Part shown: in pieces, positions 26,501-39,152 of the stretch
Numbering within the stretch: position 1 is the first letter of the stretch
How the letters are laid out: every line of letters begins with the position of its first letter
Assembly (NCBI RefSeq): GCF_036365525.1
Contig: NC_090395.1
Location: 65,373,326-65,437,325 of the forward strand
Length of the DNA: 64,000 nucleotides
Source of the DNA: Heterodontus francisci
Taxonomy: Eukaryota
Direction of reading: 5' to 3'
Translations under genes and position numbers: made by a program
The notes under the pieces: model-generated
Told to the model about the DNA's origin: nothing
What the model saw: only the letters and a program-made list of their open reading frames with translations
Databases searched by the model: none

Positions 26501-29500
26501 CAGAGCATGACAGCCCCCCATTTTACTTTCATTTTTAGTTATTTTTTTCTTTCTCTTTTTTTTTACATTTTTTACAATCTTTTTTTTTGCATTTTTTTCA
26601 TTTCATCTTAGTTTGTTCAGTTTGCTTACCCATTGTTTTTTTTCAGGTTTGCACTTGCTGCTGTTCAATATTCAGTGTATTAACAGCTAATCTGTACAAA
26701 TGCTTTGTCTTTCAACACATCATTAACATATTGTTTGCCTTTTCTCCGTGACCTTTTGGTCAGCTATGTGGCCTGGTCCAATCTAGACCTCCTTTGTTAT
26801 CTCTTGCCCCACCCCCACCTCACTTGCTTATAACCTGTGACTTTTCTAATATTTGTCAGTTCCGATGAAGGGTCACTGACCCGAAACGTTAACTCTGCTT
26901 CTCTTTCCACAGATGCTGCCAGACCTGCTGAGTGGTTCCAGCATTTCTTGTTTTTCTTCCATCACTACTCTCTGTTTCCTGTCACTCAACTAACTTCATA
27001 TCCATGCTGCCACTGTCTCTTTTATTCCACGGGCTTTAATTTTGCTGAGAAGCCTGTTCTGTGGCACTTTATCAAGCTGGGAGATCAGTGAAAAGGGTTG
27101 CTGTAGCAGGACTAAAGACTTCAGCCATGTGGAAGAGTAGGACTAAAGCTATCTTACTGTGAAGAAGGGAAAGGACCTGACATAGTGGAAGCAGACTTTG
27201 GTGGGAGAGAGGGAACAGAGTCAGATCTAGAATGATTGAGTTGATCCTGGGAGGGAAGACACCTAGAGCTGGGGTAGTTGGAGTGGGCCTGGGATAGAAG
27301 GAGAGAGGCAATATGTGGTCCGTTTATGACGGTCTTGATTGAAAGCTGTACCTGGAACACTTTGCTTGAAATGGAAATTAGGACATCATGTAAATGACAG
27401 GAAATAGATGTTTTGTATTTTCAGAACATCCTTTTTATCCATCCTCAGATTTCCTCTTATTGGGTTTAGAAAATAAGAAGTGAAGCTGGTTGTGTGACTA
27501 ACTACAATATCTGTATCCATATCTGAGTCAGATCTTCCTGGCCAGTGCTGCTGTTCAAGGAGTTGATGCAGCATGCCACAATAAAGGCTTTAGCCTTCAC
27601 AGGTCAACATGAGCTACAAGATAGTGCAATAGCAGCGAAACCACAGACCGGTGTATTGATCAGACTGGAAACTCACTACATCCTGTGTTATCTTTATAAT
27701 ATACATTGGTGAAGTCTGTGGGCTGGTTTTGTTTTTTTTTTCTGTGGTGGCATCCTCCTGTATAGACCTCAGCCTTGGTTTCTTGCTAATTAAAAATATG
27801 TATAGACAGTCTATAGAAGGAACACTTCACTTTTCATACATAGGAACAATTACTTTATCATTACTTTTGAATCTATTTTCAAGTTACTGCACTCTTCTAC
27901 TATCTTAACTTCTTGAGAACTTCTTCTCTATGTATTTTACCAGAAACCTCAAAGGATACAGTGGCCATTGAATGGTCACAACTTTAAAGTGGTTCTGCAA
28001 TATCCTGGGTCTTTGAGTACAGTAGAATTGATCTCACTTACAGTTAGGTGAAATTAGGAGCACCAGAAATAATGGAGAAAGAATTGTATTAACACAATGT
28101 ATAGACTGGATTTTGTTGAGGTCCTTACGGCGGGATCTGTGACGGGGGGGACTTGCTGGAAGATTGTACCGGCAGCAGTCCGCCATGGAGTCCGACAACG
28201 GGAGTTGCTGCGTGGTAGATCACGGCGGCACGGGGGTCTGAGGCCTGCATGTGCAGGCTGTGATTTTTTTTTGGACCCGCTGTGGCAGTGGGAAAACAAA
28301 ATGCAGTCCTATGTGTGTGCTGTTCCTTAAAGGCCACAACTGTATCTTATATTTTCTGGTTGTGGGGGTGGGGGTTCCCAGTTGGTTTGTATGGATGGAC
28401 AGAGAAAAATGGCAGCCTCAGACATCTAGTGGGGATGTTCTTTTATGAAAATCAGGATTCCATTTCTGGCGGAGTTCTCGGAATAACACCCTAGAAGAGT
28501 TTGGTGGAGTGGCAGAGTGGGGGAGGGGTGGGTGGGAGTTCAAACAGCTGCCCCAGGCTCCACAGTCGATGTTTTTTAAAATAAAAAAAGACTTACCTTT
28601 CAGTGATGGCTGCTGAAGAGTCTTGATAAGGGTAGGCCCAATGCTCAAACAAAGGCCCAATTTGAGTTCTGGGTCAGCTGGTTTTCAAGCTACTTTTAAA
28701 AAATTCTTTCATGGGATGTGGGCGTCGCTGGTTAGGCCAGGATTTATTGCCCATCCCTAATTGCCCTTGAGAAGGTGGTGGTGAGCTGCCTTCTTGAACT
28801 GCTGCAGTCCATGTGCGGTAGGTCCACCCACAGTGCTGTCAGGAAGGGAGTTCCAGGATATTGACCCAGCGACAGTGAAGGAACAGCGATATAGTTCCAA
28901 GACAGGATAGTGCGTGACTTGGAGGGGAACTTGCAGGTGGTGGTGTTCCCATGCATTTGTTGCCCTTGTTCTTCTAGTTGGTAGAGGCCGTGGGTTTGGA
29001 AGGTGCTGTCTAACGAGCCTTGGTGCGTTGCTGCAGTGCATCTTGTAGATGGTACACACTGCTGCCACTGTGCACTTTGGGCGCAGGAAGCTTGTCCCCA
29101 AAATTTGACTTGTTGAGGACTGTTTTAGATGCAAAACAGGCAAGAACGAGGTTCAAATAATTATGAAAAGTAATGATTTCAGATTCATTATGGCCAGTGC
29201 CTTCATTAAATGTGCAGACATACAAAATGCTTTTACCCTGTACAAGATAACATTTTTCTTTGGCAGAGGGTCACAGGCAAGAGGGTAGCATCTATGCTGG
29301 GACAACCTTAGCAAAGAAATGTCTGTGAAATTATTTTAGTATTTGTGTCTTTTCAAAATTTTACCAGGCCTAGTATTGTTGGGAGAAACTGGCAAAGGGG
29401 GAGAATCATCTGTGACAGACATTTTATATTTTTAGTTAAAATTTGATGGAGCCAGCAGATTTTAGTATGCTAGAAATATTTAAAGTCACCACTAAGAATG

Positions 29501-30986
29501 CTGCCAAACCCACCCGCTTCCGTTCAGGGCTCTTTGTACAATCTATTCACAATCAAACATACTGACCAGTCTGTCTCACTAATCGCTGCTTTATAAAATT
29601 CGGAGTATTTATGTTAATTAGGAGATGACAGTATTGCAATGAGTAGCATAATTTTTCCAAAAAATATTAGATAGCATTTGAAACATTTCAAAGATATTTA
29701 GATTTGCATCTGATTATTTAAGGAAACAGTAATTATTTTAAAAAAATAATGAGTTCTGACTTTAAAATTCAATGTGTCCGAGAAGTTGTTCTCTACTCGG
29801 AGGTAAGGTAGCCGTTAGGAGCTGATTCACTGGATTTTTACAATCATTTAAAAGAACCCACATGAAATAGGCATGAAGAAGATTGAAAAGGAGCTGAAAT
29901 GGAGTTCTCTGTTTGCTAATGGCACTGAATATTTCCCAATGGTACAAAATATAAACACATTTGGCTTTTTGTCAATAATGAAAATATTTCATTACTTAAC
30001 AACAGTCAGTTAAATAAATCAATCAGAACTACAGGTAAAAATCAGAATCTTGCAACTGTTGTGACCAATTAGTTGCAAGATTCTGCCTTATTAACATGTA
30101 AGAGGTTAAAATTCCCTTCTAGTCAATATGTGTATAAAACTGGTGACATGCTTGAATCAGCAAAGGCAGGGATTTCTCCCAATGTCCGATTTTGTCGCCC
30201 CATTGCACAGGCAATGAGTGGGAGATTAAAAACACACCATGTTTTACAGCGATTAAAAAATAATGCAAGATGTTTAACAAAAATGTTTACTTGCAGTTTC
30301 TGCTTTGGTATTTGCAGAAATTACAGGAAATGCAGTATTTGAAAGACTTCAAATGATATTTACCATATAATGTCATGATTTCACTTATTATTCTCCTGCA
30401 CTTTGCATTTACATTGATGTCAAACAAAACTGTGCATTATGTTCGAACTCAAAATTATTGGATGTTTCTCAACTGATTTGTGAACTCAAATTTTAACTGA
30501 TCAATTGAACAAGTCAATACATATAAAGAGGCTCAATGAGCACATATTACACTGTGCGAAATGTAAAGCCCTGTTATTACAAATTCAGCGTGAACAGAAA
30601 AATAATTTGTCTAATCAGACAATTCACCTCATCCAGGTTTGAATTTCTAGCTTCACACCAATCAAGACTAAAGAAAATGGACGTTAAAGCAGGTGGTCTG
30701 ATTGCTTGAGTTTGTTAAAATGAGGTTCTGTTGTATTATTTTTGATGTAAAATAGGGGACATATATTTATCTTTTTCTCTAAAGACAATCATTACTGATC
30801 TTGATAAAGAATCATAGTATGAAAAGCAGAAGATATTCCTTAGTCCAATATCATGAGATTTTCAACAGACCACATTTCCAGTCAGACTGACACAACTACA
30901 TGTTTCTATTACTTCCAAAAACTCCAATAAGACCAATATTCCTTACCTGATAGGAAAGCAATGGACAGGAGAAGGATAAAACCCAT
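11339..30986 (-). CDS. Gene B: CD300/pIgR-like (CMRF35-like) single-IgV receptor, inhibitory type (ITIM+ITSM), 253 aa, 6 coding exons
   Basis: Exons 30986-30947, 23284-22949, 22637-22601, 19257-19157, 15576-15521, 11530-11339. All GT-AG, phases 1,1,2,1,0, 762-nt open frame. Leader, IgV, stalk, uncharged TM and a cytoplasmic tail with VTYATV and TEYSTV. Confidence 0.92.
12896..14127 (+). mobile_element. Solo LTR (ERV or Gypsy type) with a nested SINE
   Basis: TGTCA...TAACA ends, 4-bp TSD ATCC (12892-12895 and 14128-14131), AATAAA at ~13575; interrupts a CR1 3' fragment. Confidence 0.8.
13642..13980 (-). mobile_element. V-SINE nested in the solo LTR
   Basis: Same family as 3249-3560, full length. 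Confidence 0.85.
15066..15395 (+). mobile_element. L2-like LINE 3' end
   Basis: FKILILVFK peptide and GTGAAGCGCCTTGGGA...TAAATGCAAGTTGTTG tail; similar copies at 19690-19942 and 21140-21500. Confidence 0.75.
15521..15576 (-). CDS. Gene B exon 5, cytoplasmic (DYKEKESTIENSIPKSNSV)
   Basis: 56 nt, TTTGCATTTTTTAG|...GTG|GTAAGG; phase 1 to 0 bridges the TM exon and the last exon exactly. Confidence 0.82.
17157..17918. mobile_element. GC-rich Harbinger-like MITE
   Basis: GGGTAATTTTTAT / ATAAAATTCC ends; CCAATTGAGGCCCTTAA and CCTCTGATTGG shared with 33409-34129. Confidence 0.65.
19157..19257 (-). CDS. Gene B exon 4, transmembrane (LFLTLGLIFGVLTVMLLGLVILVI-KKIRKHKGN)
   Basis: 101 nt, pyrimidine tract then CCAAG|, G|GTAAGT donor; 24 uncharged residues followed by a basic stop-transfer cluster. 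Confidence 0.92.
19445..19547 (+). repeat. Penelope terminal-repeat fragment (degenerate hammerhead region)
   Basis: GATGAAAGG...GAAACGTTAACTCTG...CCACAGATGCTGCC matches 26861-26955; similar pieces at ~4718-4815 and at 39352-39417/43686-43745. Confidence 0.75.
22601..22637 (-). CDS. Gene B exon 3, stalk (DQNLFPKDKERLR)
   Basis: 37 nt, TTTTTAACAG|...TTAAG|GTAAAT, phase 1 to 2. Confidence 0.88.
22949..23284 (-). CDS. Gene B exon 2, IgV domain
   Basis: 336 nt, TTTACAG|TT...AAA G|GTAGG; VTHAAISGPKVKSATEGKSVDITCKFDTYYKSYQKYWCRGYYRRSC...DKGWYWCGIEIPHLLDELSPTELKVTK; 57 of 112 residues identical to the gene A V domain by manual alignment. Confidence 0.95.
25338..26955 (+). mobile_element. 5'-truncated Penelope-like retroelement inserted in an older CR1
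   Basis: ORF 25347..26510 has RT C-terminus (MG..., RYIDD) and GIY-YIG (VVYCIRC...LYIGET...RFAEH); TSD CATCACTACT at 25328-25337 and 26960-26969. Confidence 0.93.
26857..26896 (+). ncRNA. Minimal type I hammerhead ribozyme-like motif in the Penelope terminal repeat
   Basis: AGTT-CCGATGA-AGGGTCACTGACCC-GAAA-CGTT-AACT; stem II GGGTC/GACCC; the core has CCGATGA instead of CTGATGA. Confidence 0.6.
28706..29075 (-). mobile_element. LINE 3' fragment, same family as 10180-10730
   Basis: ORF 28757..29143 ending FKKAAHHHLLKGN. Confidence 0.75.
30947..30986 (-). CDS. Gene B exon 1, signal peptide (MGFILLLSIAFLS)
   Basis: ACAATGG start context, hydrophobic leader, TCA G|GTAAGG phase-1 donor. Confidence 0.88.
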
Positions 30987-31069
30987 TGTTTTAATGTTTT
31001 ACAACTCTACTTTCCACACACAGATCGTAACTTCAGTGGCCCTGCTTCTGCACTGCAATATCTAACCAG

Positions 31070-31110
31070 TCATTTCCTTCCCTTTAACATGTGCGAGATT
31101 GTGACCACAA
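31070..31110 (-). promoter_or_regulatory. Putative gene B promoter with ETS and RUNX sites
   Basis: GGAAGGAAAT (minus) near 31072-31081 and TGTGGTC (minus) at 31103-31109; motif match only. Confidence 0.35.
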
Positions 31111-31502
31111 CTCTTGCTAGGAACAGAAAATACAGATTACAGTTGTGACACCCTCAGACCTTACAACATGTCTAGTTTGAATAAATAAGTACCAAGGCAT
31201 TCATGGTACTACACTCTGGTGCTATATAAAAGCCTTATTGTTTTTTTTCTTAGCTTTGTTTGAAGAATTGTTTAATTGTTAGTGACAGAATGACTGCTGC
31301 AAGTAGTGTTAAAATCTTACAGCCTTTGCAATCTCTATTAAATCGTTTACATTCTGTACAATGTATTCTATAAGATATGCTTTGTGATGTGTTTAATTTG
31401 CTTTGAGCCATTTTCCTTCTTGGGATTATTTGTCTAAATCCAGAAACACAAATTTGATGCTCTGCAAGTCTTGATGGGAGCTTTTGTTAAATACAATACT
31501 GA

Positions 31503-31950
31503 TGCTGTGGCTCAGTTGGTAGCTCTGTCACGTCTGTGTCAGAAGGTTCTGGGCTCTAGTCCCACTCAAGGACATGAGTGCAATAGTCAAGGCTGACACT
31601 CCAGTGCAGTACTGAGGGAGCACTATGCCATTGGAGGTTTTGTCTTTCGCATGAGATGTTAAACAGATGCCCTCTCTGTCCACTCAGGTGGCTATAAAAG
31701 ATCCTATGGCACTATTTTGAAGAAGAGCAGGGGCATTACCCCCAGTATCTTGGCCAAAATTTATCCCTCAATCAACATTACAAAAACAGTTTATCTGGTC
31801 ATTATCACATTGCTGTTTGTAGGAGCTTGCTGTGTTTCCTACGTTACAACAATAACTAGGCTTCAAAAAAAAAGTGCTTCATTGACTGTAAAGTGCTTTG
31901 CGACATCCAGAGCTTGTGAAAGGTGCTATATAAGTGAAAGATTTTCTTTT
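31503..31950 (+). mobile_element. Deu-type SINE
   Basis: Same family as 4443-4985. Confidence 0.75.
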
Positions 31951-32974
31951 TCTCTTATGATGATGTTACAGACAGAATTGAAAGAGAACTGAAACCCCAG
32001 TTCCCTTCCCCTTACTGCAATCAGTGTGTTTTTGACAAGGAAGATGTATGTGTTTCTTAACCCCTGAGTGGATGGCTAATTTCAATAACCAGCAGCAGTG
32101 GTGAACTTGGAAAGGTACAGGCTTGGAGACCTTAGGATGTTGTAGTCTCCAGTTTTAGGCAGAGGTGTTCTGCCTTTGTTGCTGTCTCTGCAGCTGTTGT
32201 TTGCAGACTCACTAGTTTCTCCCTGGTGCTTCAAGTAAAAAGATTCTTTGCTTGTGATTAGTTTCGGTCAGATGGCCACCTGATCAATACTTCTATTGTC
32301 TACCCAGAATGATTTGAAGGTCAAAGGAATTACTACACAGTGGGAATAGATGATAGCTATTCGCACCTACTTATGATTTAACTGTTTTCTTACAGCTCTC
32401 TTTATTAAGTTACGAGCTCAGAGACTGTGGGCTGAATTTTATAGGGGCCTCGAGGTCGGGAATGGTGGCATGGGGGGTGTGAAGATCACTCCGGATGAGG
32501 CCTGCCACCTGCCACTGACCTCGACGCCGGCAGGACACGTCCCGATCTTGGCGGTGGCAGCGAGGCCTCCTGTTGGCTCCCCTGCCGCTCGACGACGGGA
32601 CCCGGATTACAATATGCAGATGGGAACTTACCATTCATTAACATGCCGGCCGCTGTGATTCAGACAGCATGCTGTGATCCCCATCCTGGCAGCCGGTATT
32701 GACGGCCCTTCGGATCCACGTTCGGGGAAACGGGATACAACTCCTGTGGCAAGGGGGGGAAGGAGGTACCTTTCTCAGTGCGGAGGTGGGAGAGCAGGGT
32801 TAAATTCTTCGGCTTGGTTGGGGAGATGGTGGGAAGGGGTTGAGGGTTAGAGTTTATGAACTTTGGTGGGGGGGGAGAAGGTCATCTAGTCAAAGTAAGT
32901 GTTTTGGGGGGTGAGTGGGCAAGGAATTGAATGTAAGCCTATTGGGGGGGGGGGGGGGTGGGAGAGGGGATCCT

Positions 32975-35250
32975 CTGGGGTAGAGTGATTGCAGTTTGCT
33001 ATAATATCACATTGAGTTCAAGAGTGACATACTTAAGTCGAAAACTAGAGTCTTAAACTTAAATAAAACTAATTACATAAGTATGAGTGGTGAGTTGGCT
33101 GAGGTTGATCGGGAATTAGATTAAAAGGTAAGGCAGTAGTTAAGCAATGGTGAACATTCAAGAAATATTTCATAATTCTCAATGAAGATATATTCCATTG
33201 AGAAATAAAATCTCTATGGGAAAGGTGATTCATCTTTGTCTAATGAAAGAAGTTAAAGATAGTATTAGATTAAAAGAAGAGACTTATAATATTCCCAAGA
33301 AGAGTAATAGGTGTTAGGAGTGGAAGGGTTTTAAAAATGAGCAAAGGATGACCAAAAAATTGAGATACAGGAAGAAAGTAGAAGATGAGAGTAAACTAGC
33401 AACAAATAGAGGTTGGAATTTTATGGTGAGGCAGTGCCCCGCCCACCGGCTGGAAAGCCGGCCACCTCTGCTGGGCTTGAAAGCCATGCTGCTATTTTGC
33501 GTGGCTCAGGCCCTTAGTTGGCTTCAGTCAAGGCTTCTGCACTGCTGAGGCAGGAAGTCCTGCCTCCAAGAGCTGCTGGCCAATCAGAGGGCCGGCAGCT
33601 CTTCAGTCCAAGCAGCACCACTGGGAGCGCTGGCCACTGCTGGCACTGCACCCAGCAAGAAGAGGGCCTTGGGCGTCGGTCTCCAGAAAGGTATGCTGGG
33701 AACAATTAACTAGGCTCCAGTGATGGTGGAGGGGGTGTGTCAGGGTTTAGGGCAGGGGGTTTGTTTTAGCGGGGGGCAGCCCATGCTGCTGGGGTGTCCC
33801 TCTTTGGGGCACAGGGTGCCCGATCAAGAGACCTCCTCTAGCCTGCGAGAAGGTCTCCATGTATTACTAGGCGGCCTCCTCAGGTGCTGAAGGAAAAGAC
33901 CAATGGTGGTGGGATGAGGTCCATAAGTGGCAATTAACTGGCTACTTAAGGGCCTCAATTGGCCTAAGGGTTGACGGACCATTTGCCACCTCCCCTGCCG
34001 CTGGTAAAGGGACAGGTAGGTGAAGGGCATGGTGCCCCCTTCCCCACCACCTCCAACTAGATTTCATGGACTCTTTGGCCCCCTAGCCTGCTCCTGGGGT
34101 GGGAGTGGAGGTAGCATTAAATTCTGGCCATAAAAGCAGATGATAAAAGCTTCTACAAGTACGTAAAAAGGCAGAGAGCAGCAAAAGTAAATGTGGGTCC
34201 ATTTGAGGCTGAGATAGGAGTAATGATAATGGGAGATAAGGATAGGCAGAGATGTTAAACAAATATTTTGTATCTGTCTTCACAGTAGAAGACACAAAAA
34301 ACATACCGGAAATAGTGCGGAACCAAAAGTCTAATGAGAATGAGGAACTTAATTTATATTTGTACAAAAAAAGTACTGTAGAAATGAACAGGACTAAAAG
34401 CTGACAAATCCCCAGAACTGATGGCCTACATATAAAGTGGAGGCTGCAGAGATAATCGATGCATTAGTTGTGATTTTCCAAAATATTCTAGATTCTGTAA
34501 TGGTCCCAGTTGATTGGAAGGTAGCAAATGTAACACTGCTTTCAAGAAAGGAGGGAGAGAGAACACATGGAACTGCAGCCATCTAACCTGACACCGTTTA
34601 GAAAATGCTGGAATCCATTATTAATCCATTGAAGTGCTCTTAGAAAATTACAATATGATTATGCAGTGTCAATATGGTTTTATAAAAAGGCAATTGTGTT
34701 TGACAAATCTGTTTTTGAGAATGGGTACCAATGGATGTAGTATATTTGGATTTTCAAAAAGCATTCAATAAGTTGCCACATGATTGATTGGAATTGATTG
34801 GGGTTGGAATTAATATATTAGCATGGATAGAGGATTGGTTAAAGGACTGAAAATAGAGAATAGGAATGAATGGATCATTTTCACCAAGGCGGTCTGTTAT
34901 GGGGGTGGGGGGCAGGGGGTGCCCCAAGGATCAGTGTTGAGTCCTCAGCTGTTTACAATCTATATTAATGTTGCAGGAGTCAAGTGTAATGTATCCAAGT
35001 TTGCTAATGATACAAAGCGAGGTCGGAAAGTAAGCTCTGAGGAGGACAAAAGAGTCTGCAAAGTGATATTGACAGGTTAAATGAATGGGCAAGAAGGTAT
35101 AGTGTGGGGAAATGTGAAGTTCTCCCCTTTGGTTAAAAAGAGTAGAAAAACAAAATATTTTTGAATGGTGACAAAATATTAAATGTTGGTGTTCGGATGG
35201 ACTTAGGTGTTCTCGTACATGAAGCACAGAAAATTAACATGCAGGTACAG
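32975..35250 (+). mobile_element. Decayed CR1 ORF2, interrupted by the MITE at 33409-34129
   Basis: GVPQGSVLSPQLF and SKFANDTK in ORF 34823..35080. Confidence 0.8.
33409..34129. mobile_element. GC-rich Harbinger-like MITE inserted in CR1
   Basis: Ends (GA)GGTTGGAATTTT / AAATTCTGGCC, ATA on both flanks; internal motifs shared in reverse with 17157-17918. Confidence 0.7.
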
Positions 35251-35254
35251 CACA

Positions 35255-35990
35255 GGAATATAGGAACATAGGAGCAGGAGTAGGCCATTCAGCCCATCGA
35301 GCCTGCTCCACCATTCAATAAGATCATGGCTGATCATCCACTTCAATGCCTTTTTCTCACACTATCCCCATAATTCTCTTATGTCATTGCTATTTAGAAA
35401 TCTGTCAATCTGCTTTAAACGTACTCAATGACTGAACTTCCACAGCTCTCTGGGTTAGAGAATTCCAAAGGTTCTCAACCCTCTGAGTGAATAAATTTCT
35501 CCTCATCTCCGTCCTAAGTGGCTTCCCCCTTATTTTCAAATTGTGTCCCTTGGTTCTAGACTCCCCAACCAGGGCAAACGTCTTAGCTGCATCTACCCTG
35601 TCTATCCCTTTAAGTATTTTGTAAGTTTCAATGTGATTACCTCTCATTCTTCGAAACACCAGAGAGTACAGGCCCAGTTTCCCCAATCTCTCTACATAGG
35701 ACAGTCCCGCCATCCCGGGAACAAGTCTGGTGAACCTTCATTGCGCTCCTTCTATGGCAATAATATCTTCCTAAGGTAAGGGGACCAAAACTTGCGCACA
35801 GTATTCCAAGTGCAGTCTAACCAAGGTTCTATACAATTGAAGCAAGACTTCTCTACTCCTGTACTCAAAACCTCTTGCAATAAAGGTTAACGTACCATTG
35901 GCCTTCCTAATTGCTTGCTGCATGTGCATGTTAGCTTTCAGTGACTCATTGACAAGAACACCCAGTTCCCTTTGTACACCTACACTTTCT
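35255..35990 (-). mobile_element. CR1 3' fragment
   Basis: ORF 35405..35713 LGLYSLVFRRMRG...FTQRVENLWNSL. Confidence 0.88.
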
Positions 35991-36839
35991 TGTCACGTAA
36001 ATATCTTCAGATTAACATAAATTGAAGGTTTCACTGAATTCAAAATGTTTTTGCCTTCCTTATTTTGTGAAAGTCACCACCAAATTCACATCATTTATTT
36101 TCCCCGCAGCAAAAGTGAGTCAGGTGTCAGCCAGTATTCTCAATTTTCCCACAGCTCCCCGATATTGACAGCACTCATTCCTCCCTCCAAGCCCTTGCCA
36201 AATATCTTCTCACTATCATGCTGTAATCCATCCACCACCCCCGCAGCTGATAACATGCAGCTTCAGCATCAACAGCAAACACTCAACACCCTGGCTGCTC
36301 CATTCCACCTTCCTCTGTCCCTCAATGCACCTGACTAACCCTACCCTTCCCTACCCAAGTACCCTGCCCTGATCCTCCATGTAGCCACCCGCCTCATGCC
36401 TTCGCTATCATTGTCTGATATGATTCACCCTTGCTGGTACTGACACTGGAGCAAACATCCATTCCAAAGCTGCCGTTAGTTTTGAGGCTGAGTTAAAGAG
36501 AGAACAACGCAGACCTGACACTTAGCTGCACAAATCCGAATGCCGCACTCCATTGTAAAACAATCGTGAACCGGGTGGCATGGGAATAACGCTCGCTGTT
36601 CACTGGAAGGTAGGATTGAATTGTAACTATGTGTAGAGTAATGTGTACTCATATTATTTAAATGAATGCAAAGCTGCAATCCGCCACCGTGCTGGAGGAA
36701 CCCTGGAATGCCGCAAACACGCCAGCGACTTAATTTCTCTCACATATCCCGCCATCAGGAATCTGAAAAAAAAAGTCCCCCGCCTAATTATATCACCCTG
36801 TACAACACCAAATCTGTTCTTGCACAGCTCTTAAAATTC

Positions 36840-37235
36840 CACCCATATTCTCTGGAGTTTAGAAGAATGGGAGGTGATCCCATTGAAACATATAAGATTC
36901 TGAAAGGGTTGACAGGGTAGGTGCTGAGTGGCTGTTTTCCCTGATTGGAGAGTGTGAAACTAAGGATCACAGTCTGAGAATAAGGGGTTGGCCATCTTGG
37001 ACTAGGATGAGGAGAAATTTCTTCACTCAGAGCGTTGGGAATCTTTTGAATTCTCTACCCCTGACAGCTGTGAATACTCAGTCATTGAGTGTATTGAAGG
37101 CTGAAAACGATAGATTTTTGGACACATAGATATGAGAATAGGGTGGGAAAGTGGAGTTGAGGTTGAAGATCAGTCATGATCTTATTGAATGGCGAAGGAG
37201 GCTCATGGGGCTGTATGTCCTACTCCTGCTGCTAT
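36840..37235 (+). mobile_element. CR1 3' fragment
   Basis: YSLEFRRMGGDPIETYKILKG followed by CR1 3' UTR. Confidence 0.8.
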
Positions 37236-38173
37236 GAATTTAAAGCACAAATTACGCGCAACACAACTCTAGTTTCTGTGATCTTTTGCACTAGTTTACT
37301 GAAACATTGTCCTAACAGCCAGTTCTAACTGCAAAACTGGCCTCATGCCCAGATCAAACTAATTACCATGGCAAATTTCTGCTAATTGTACATGTTTGTG
37401 CACTTTCGAAGAGGCTCTGAAAATTAAGTTCATTTTAGATGTGAGGACACTGACTGGCACCTTTTGAAAGCATTTAATATAAAAGAAATGAATTTACTAA
37501 TAAAACTAAGTGTACACCAATAAGCCTAGTAAATGGTTCTATATAGATTTTTAAAAGTTATTTCCAGTGGTTTAAGATCGGGTCACTCCCAGGTGACGGA
37601 CACTGATTAAAAATGTTTCTTTTTTCCGATAAACCCACTTCCAATTGTATTACTAGAACTGTCCCAGATTGGCATGCTTTGTAGCATTTTGAAAATTGCT
37701 TTGTGCATTTTGTTCATTTGAGGCTACTATACACACATGCCAGCAGAGGGGCTGAAAAGTGAAAGCAAAAGAATAAAGAAGCATCCATTGTTTTCAACAG
37801 CATGTCGTATCATATCTTTTACTAAACTCAGCTAAATCTTACTTCAGTCCTGAGAAGACCACGTGCTTAAACATATTGAGGAATATTTGTTAACACAAAA
37901 AAAGTACGCTATAAAATGCTGCCTGAATGTGCTGGTTCATGGCAGAGTTTGCGCTCGGTGATAATGCAAATGAATTTGAGTGGAAACTTGAGCAAAAAGT
38001 ATCTCCTGAAAACTAGCGCAATTTTCACTCAGATCACAGAATTACATCCATGGTGGAAACTCTACCCCCAGGTACTTCGTTGAAGCAGAGCAGAGAGAGC
38101 TTCATTTTTCATTCAGTGATGTTGAGCCTAACCTGATAGTCGTCAATGTATAAAATGTTCCACTCCTCTACAT

Positions 38174-39152
38174 TGTTAACTGTGGGCGATGAAAATTTGG
38201 TCAAGTAACGCTTTATACCCAGCATGCTCTAAGGCAGCTAAAGATAAGCGCAGAACTTGCTGAAGTTAGCTAACAGACATGTCAAAGCTTGTGCTTAGGG
38301 ATATGTGACCGTTAGACGAGAGTTTTGAACAAGAATACATAAAGGAGGAACAGATATAGGGAAACGAAAAACAACTCTAGACTTCTGTCCAGTTGGCTAA
38401 ATGGCTAATGCTTGCCAAAGATGAAATAATGCTTGAAGATTTGGGCGGCACAGTGGTTGGCACCGCAGCCTCACAGCTCCAGCGACCCGGGTTCGATTCT
38501 GGGTACTGCCTGTGCGGAGTTTGCAAGTTCTCCCTGTGACCGCGTGGGTTTTCGTTGGGTGCTCCGGTTTCCTCCCACAGCTAAAGATTTGCAGGTTGAT
38601 AGGTAAATTGGCCATTATAAATTGCCCCTAGTATAGGTAGGTGGTAGGGGAATTGAGGGAAGGTGGGATGTAAGAGGCTAATGGGATTAATGTAGGATTA
38701 GTATAAATGAGTGGTTGATGGTTGGCACAGATTTGGTGGGCCAAAGGGCCTGTTTCAATGCTGTATCTCTAAATAAAAATAGAATAAATAATTTGTGCAA
38801 AACAAGATCATGTGAGTCATGGGTTCAGCAAGGAGCCTTCAAAGAATATATAAGGGTTAACACTGGAGGGTATTCTTGACGAGAACCTGGGAACAACTCT
38901 CGAAGGCAGGACCCTGAGTCTGGAGGCTCAGTGATCAACTGTGACAAGAGACTGATCACCTCTGTGTTGATGGGTAGTATCTTGTACAAGAAGTGAGACT
39001 TGTACTTATTTGGTGTCTAAATAAAACTGTTGTAAGTATTTGTATGCTTTAGCGATTTTAGTACTAATAAAGTGAAGTTATACAAGACTTTGGTTTTAGT
39101 GTATCTTTGTCCGTCACGTCAGTTGATACCCTACAGAGAAAAAGGGTCAACA
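38174..39152 (+). mobile_element. Probable solo LTR with a nested V-SINE
   Basis: TGTTAAC...GTCAACA ends, TATATAA at ~38847, AATAAA at ~39020 and ~39066; no clear TSD. Confidence 0.5.
38443..38790 (+). mobile_element. V-SINE
   Basis: Same family as 3249-3560. Confidence 0.85.

Larger units (their letters stand above)
24030..27075 (-). mobile_element. Decayed CR1 fragments hosting the Penelope insertion
   Basis: WQMKFNAEKCEVIHFG and LGLFSLKKRRLRRDL in minus-strand ORFs; the CR1 resumes after 26960. Confidence 0.85.

Noticed and set aside
28592-28660. Strong minus-strand donor GAAAG|GTAAGT in gene B intron 1
   Set aside because: Lies within a GC-rich repeat (~28105-28700) and is not needed for the reading frame
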